Shown one piece after another: positions 61,601 through 64,000 of a stretch of 64,000 bases of DNA. Made by a program: the position numbers and the translations under genes. The notes under the pieces are model-generated. The model worked only from the letters and a program-made list of their open reading frames with translations. It had not been told where the DNA came from and did not search any database. The stretch's first letter is position 1. The number at the start of each line of letters is the position of its first letter. Source of the stretch: Euglena gracilis (taxonomy: Eukaryota); the NCBI GenBank assembly GCA_039621445.1, contig CP154954.1:23014954-23078953 (forward strand), in the 5' to 3' direction.

Positions 61601-63244
61601 TATCCCCGGACCTTTTGAAGTTTGTAAGATTGAGCTTATGGAAGGCGCAAAGCAAATGCATCGGAAATTTTTCCGCTGTTCAGGAAAAAGAGAGATAGCT
61701 CTCAATGAAATGATTGAAAAGCTCATAGAGCGGAAGTGGATCATCCCTTCCAAAAGTGAATGGACCTCCCAAGCTTTTGTGGTCTCTAAGCCCCCAGACC
61801 CATCAGGTCAGAAAAAGTGGAGGCTAGCACTGGATTATCGGTACTTAAATTCACAAACTAAGGATGACCATTCCCGTTACCTCTAATAGAGGACCTCATC
61901 GCAAAACAAGCGGATAACCGCTTCTGGTCAATTTTCGACCTGGAGGATGGTTTCCACCAAATGCATCTGGATCCCGATTTGCAAGCCTATACGGCTTTTG
62001 TAACATCCAAAGGTGTTTACCAATGGACAGTTTTACCAATGGGTGTTAAGAATGGACCAGCAATGTTTCAGCGCATGATCCAATGGGTCTTACGGGATTT
62101 ACCGTTTGCGCTGGTATACATTGATGATGTTTTGGTTGGTACCCCCCCTCCTTCAGCGAATACACACGAGAATATTCTCGACATTCACTATCGTGATGTT
62201 CGCGCGGTATTAGCCGCATTTCTCAAGCATAGACTTTTTGTCAAAGTGCTAAAATGCACTTATTTCGCGAAACGATGAAGTTTTTCGGTCACATTCTTAA
62301 TAATGGCCAACGCCGAGCGGCGCCTAGCAAACTAGAGGCCATTAAGAAATGGACACCCGAGGTCATCAAGACCATAACCATTTGAAAGGATCTTTGGGAT
62401 TAGCCCAATATTCCGCGATTTACATGAAAGATTTCGCGAAAATCGCGGTTCCTCTGACGAGGCAACTCAAAAATCACGCACCTGAGAATAAAAAAATCAA
62501 ATGGGACGCAGATATGCGTGAAGCTCTAGAGAGCATTAAAAAGCTAATGCTTGAAAATGTCGTACTCGACATCGCGGATCCCTACAAGCCTTACGTGCTA
62601 GAAGTCGATAGCAGCGATTATACTATAGGCGGAGTTCTAAGCCAGCATAACGCGGCTAACAAATTACGCCCTGTAGCATTCTTCAGTAGAAAGCTACAAG
62701 GTGAAGAGAGCAAAGGACAAGTCCAATGGAGTATCCGTGAGAATGAAACGTACGCAATCGTACTTACTTTGCAAAAATTCCGTAGCTGGGTCGCCAGTTC
62801 CTTGGTACAAATACTGGTGTTGACTGATCATGAGAGTCTTCAACATTGGTATACCGAGGATCTGAACAAAGCCATGTCATCCGTAGGCCGAAGATGCCGA
62901 TGGCATGAATTTTTAAGCCAATTCAACCTAGTGTATACCCCTGGCCATACACAGAAAGTAGCAGACCCGCTTAGTCGAGCGCCCTGGCATTACCCCGGTA
63001 ACCCCGATGAAGGTGAGGACACCTTTCATGGCAGCCAAGAGGCTGATGAATATGCACGTCGATATGACGCAGCCGACGATATGTCGGATTATTTTCCCGT
63101 TTCATCGATTTTTCGTTCGTTGCCAGTCCCTCTTATACGGTGGAGAAGGCGACGAGGCCGCACTCCTGGCCCCCGTCGCATTACGCGATCTGAATCTCCT
63201 TCCCCCCTCTTCTTTCGTGAATGGGATTATTAACATGACCCTGT
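55631..63244 (+). repeat. pol: Tandem array of a ~1972-bp RT-RNaseH-integrase Zn-finger unit, ~3.9 copies (starts 55631, 57601, 59573, 61545)
   Basis: Each unit has DYRYLN, FDLEDGF, LPMGVKN, YIDD, VDSSDYTIGG, TDHESL; complete units end HNQDH..CQVC. Confidence 0.96.
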
Positions 63245-64000
63245 TTGAGGGGGTCTACTCTGGACAATACGTCCTCAGTCCAAAAAGGCTCATTGGCCTC
63301 TTGGGGGACATTTGACCTAATCGGTCTGATTGTGGGTTTGCGCTTAGCGCCTTCAGAGGCTGCAGCCCCATAGTTGGCCATGGGTATCGTGGGCCTATGG
63401 CCTGCGCCTGAGCCATTTTCACCAGAAGGTGGTGGCTCATCATCTCGCCGCTTTTCAGCTGGCTTGCAGCCTTCGGCTGAAGGTTTAGCCTTAGGCTTTT
63501 TATGTTTGCCATATCGGCGTTCTTCCCCAGGGTCTGCCGGAGGCAGTGATCTTTCCGCCGTTGGCGGTTTCGGGGCTGCCGGTTTGGCAGGAGGTGGTTG
63601 CATTTCTGCCGTTGGCGGTGCTGGTGCGGCTGGTTTAGCTTCTGGGACATCCCACTCCATTGGAGTTGTAGCCGTATCCTGTACGGCTATTGAGCTGCTG
63701 TCTGCAGCAGTAACCCTTTGGGTCTCGGGAGGGTAAGCGGCAGGTGAGCCGCAAGGGGTCAGCACTGCCGATACTGCGGACATCGCCGCAGTGAGACCCT
63801 GCAGCACACCACCTAAAACACCTGTATGTATCGTTGGTGGTGCGACAGGATCTGTCAGGGTTGGTGCCGTTGGCACTGCAGGTAAGGAGAGGGGTGGTAC
63901 CAGAGGTACTGGTGGCCGTTCGGCCTCAGATGTAGGGGATTCAGATTCGGAACTGACATCTCCTTCAGGAGGAAGGGGTGTTCTGGAGCCCATTGGGGCT
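63245..64000 (-). pseudogene. Pro/Ala-rich fragment resembling the D-family 3' accessory ORF, opposite in orientation to E
   Basis: AKPSAEGCKPAEKRRDDEPPPSGENGSGAG vs D1 KPGAAACKPTPKSGDQPPPKGNGGAGG. Confidence 0.45.

Larger units (their letters stand above)
48921..63244 (+). mobile_element. Element E: decayed D-related Gypsy element (LTR, PBS, gag, PR, N6-MTase-like, tandemly amplified RT-RH-ZnF); 3' truncated
   Basis: Domain order on the plus strand. Confidence 0.88.

Overview
Eukaryotic, gene-free nest of Ty3/Gypsy-type (PR-RT-RH-INT-chromodomain) LTR retrotransposons from three families; the host cannot be identified from the sequence. Element A (minus, ~1-11738, GC-rich, decayed) and element B (minus, LTRs 34037-35141 and 21839-22673 plus 18032-18307; near-intact) each carry a C5-cytosine DNA methyltransferase between gag and protease. 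In both, the gag stop is followed by a predicted pseudoknot; B's is in frame with pol and MuLV-readthrough-like. Family D/E (D1, D2, E) instead carries an amino (N6-adenine/Dam-like) methyltransferase fold with an HPP motif between protease and RT, and D1/D2 have a ~6 kb 3' region with a large unknown Cys-rich ORF. A canonical NPPW N6-MTase lies just before a PPT/LTR at the left end, probably as A's 3' ORF. All three families show a splice-acceptor-like site after pol. History read from the junctions: D2 inserted into D1's integrase, B inserted into D2 (CCAC(A) TSD), two clean inversions (~18030-21838, ~38419-39722), a TA-flanked Tc1/mariner-type MITE in D2 gag, and a ~3.9x tandem 1972-bp RT-RH-ZnF amplification in E. 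All alignments were done by eye.
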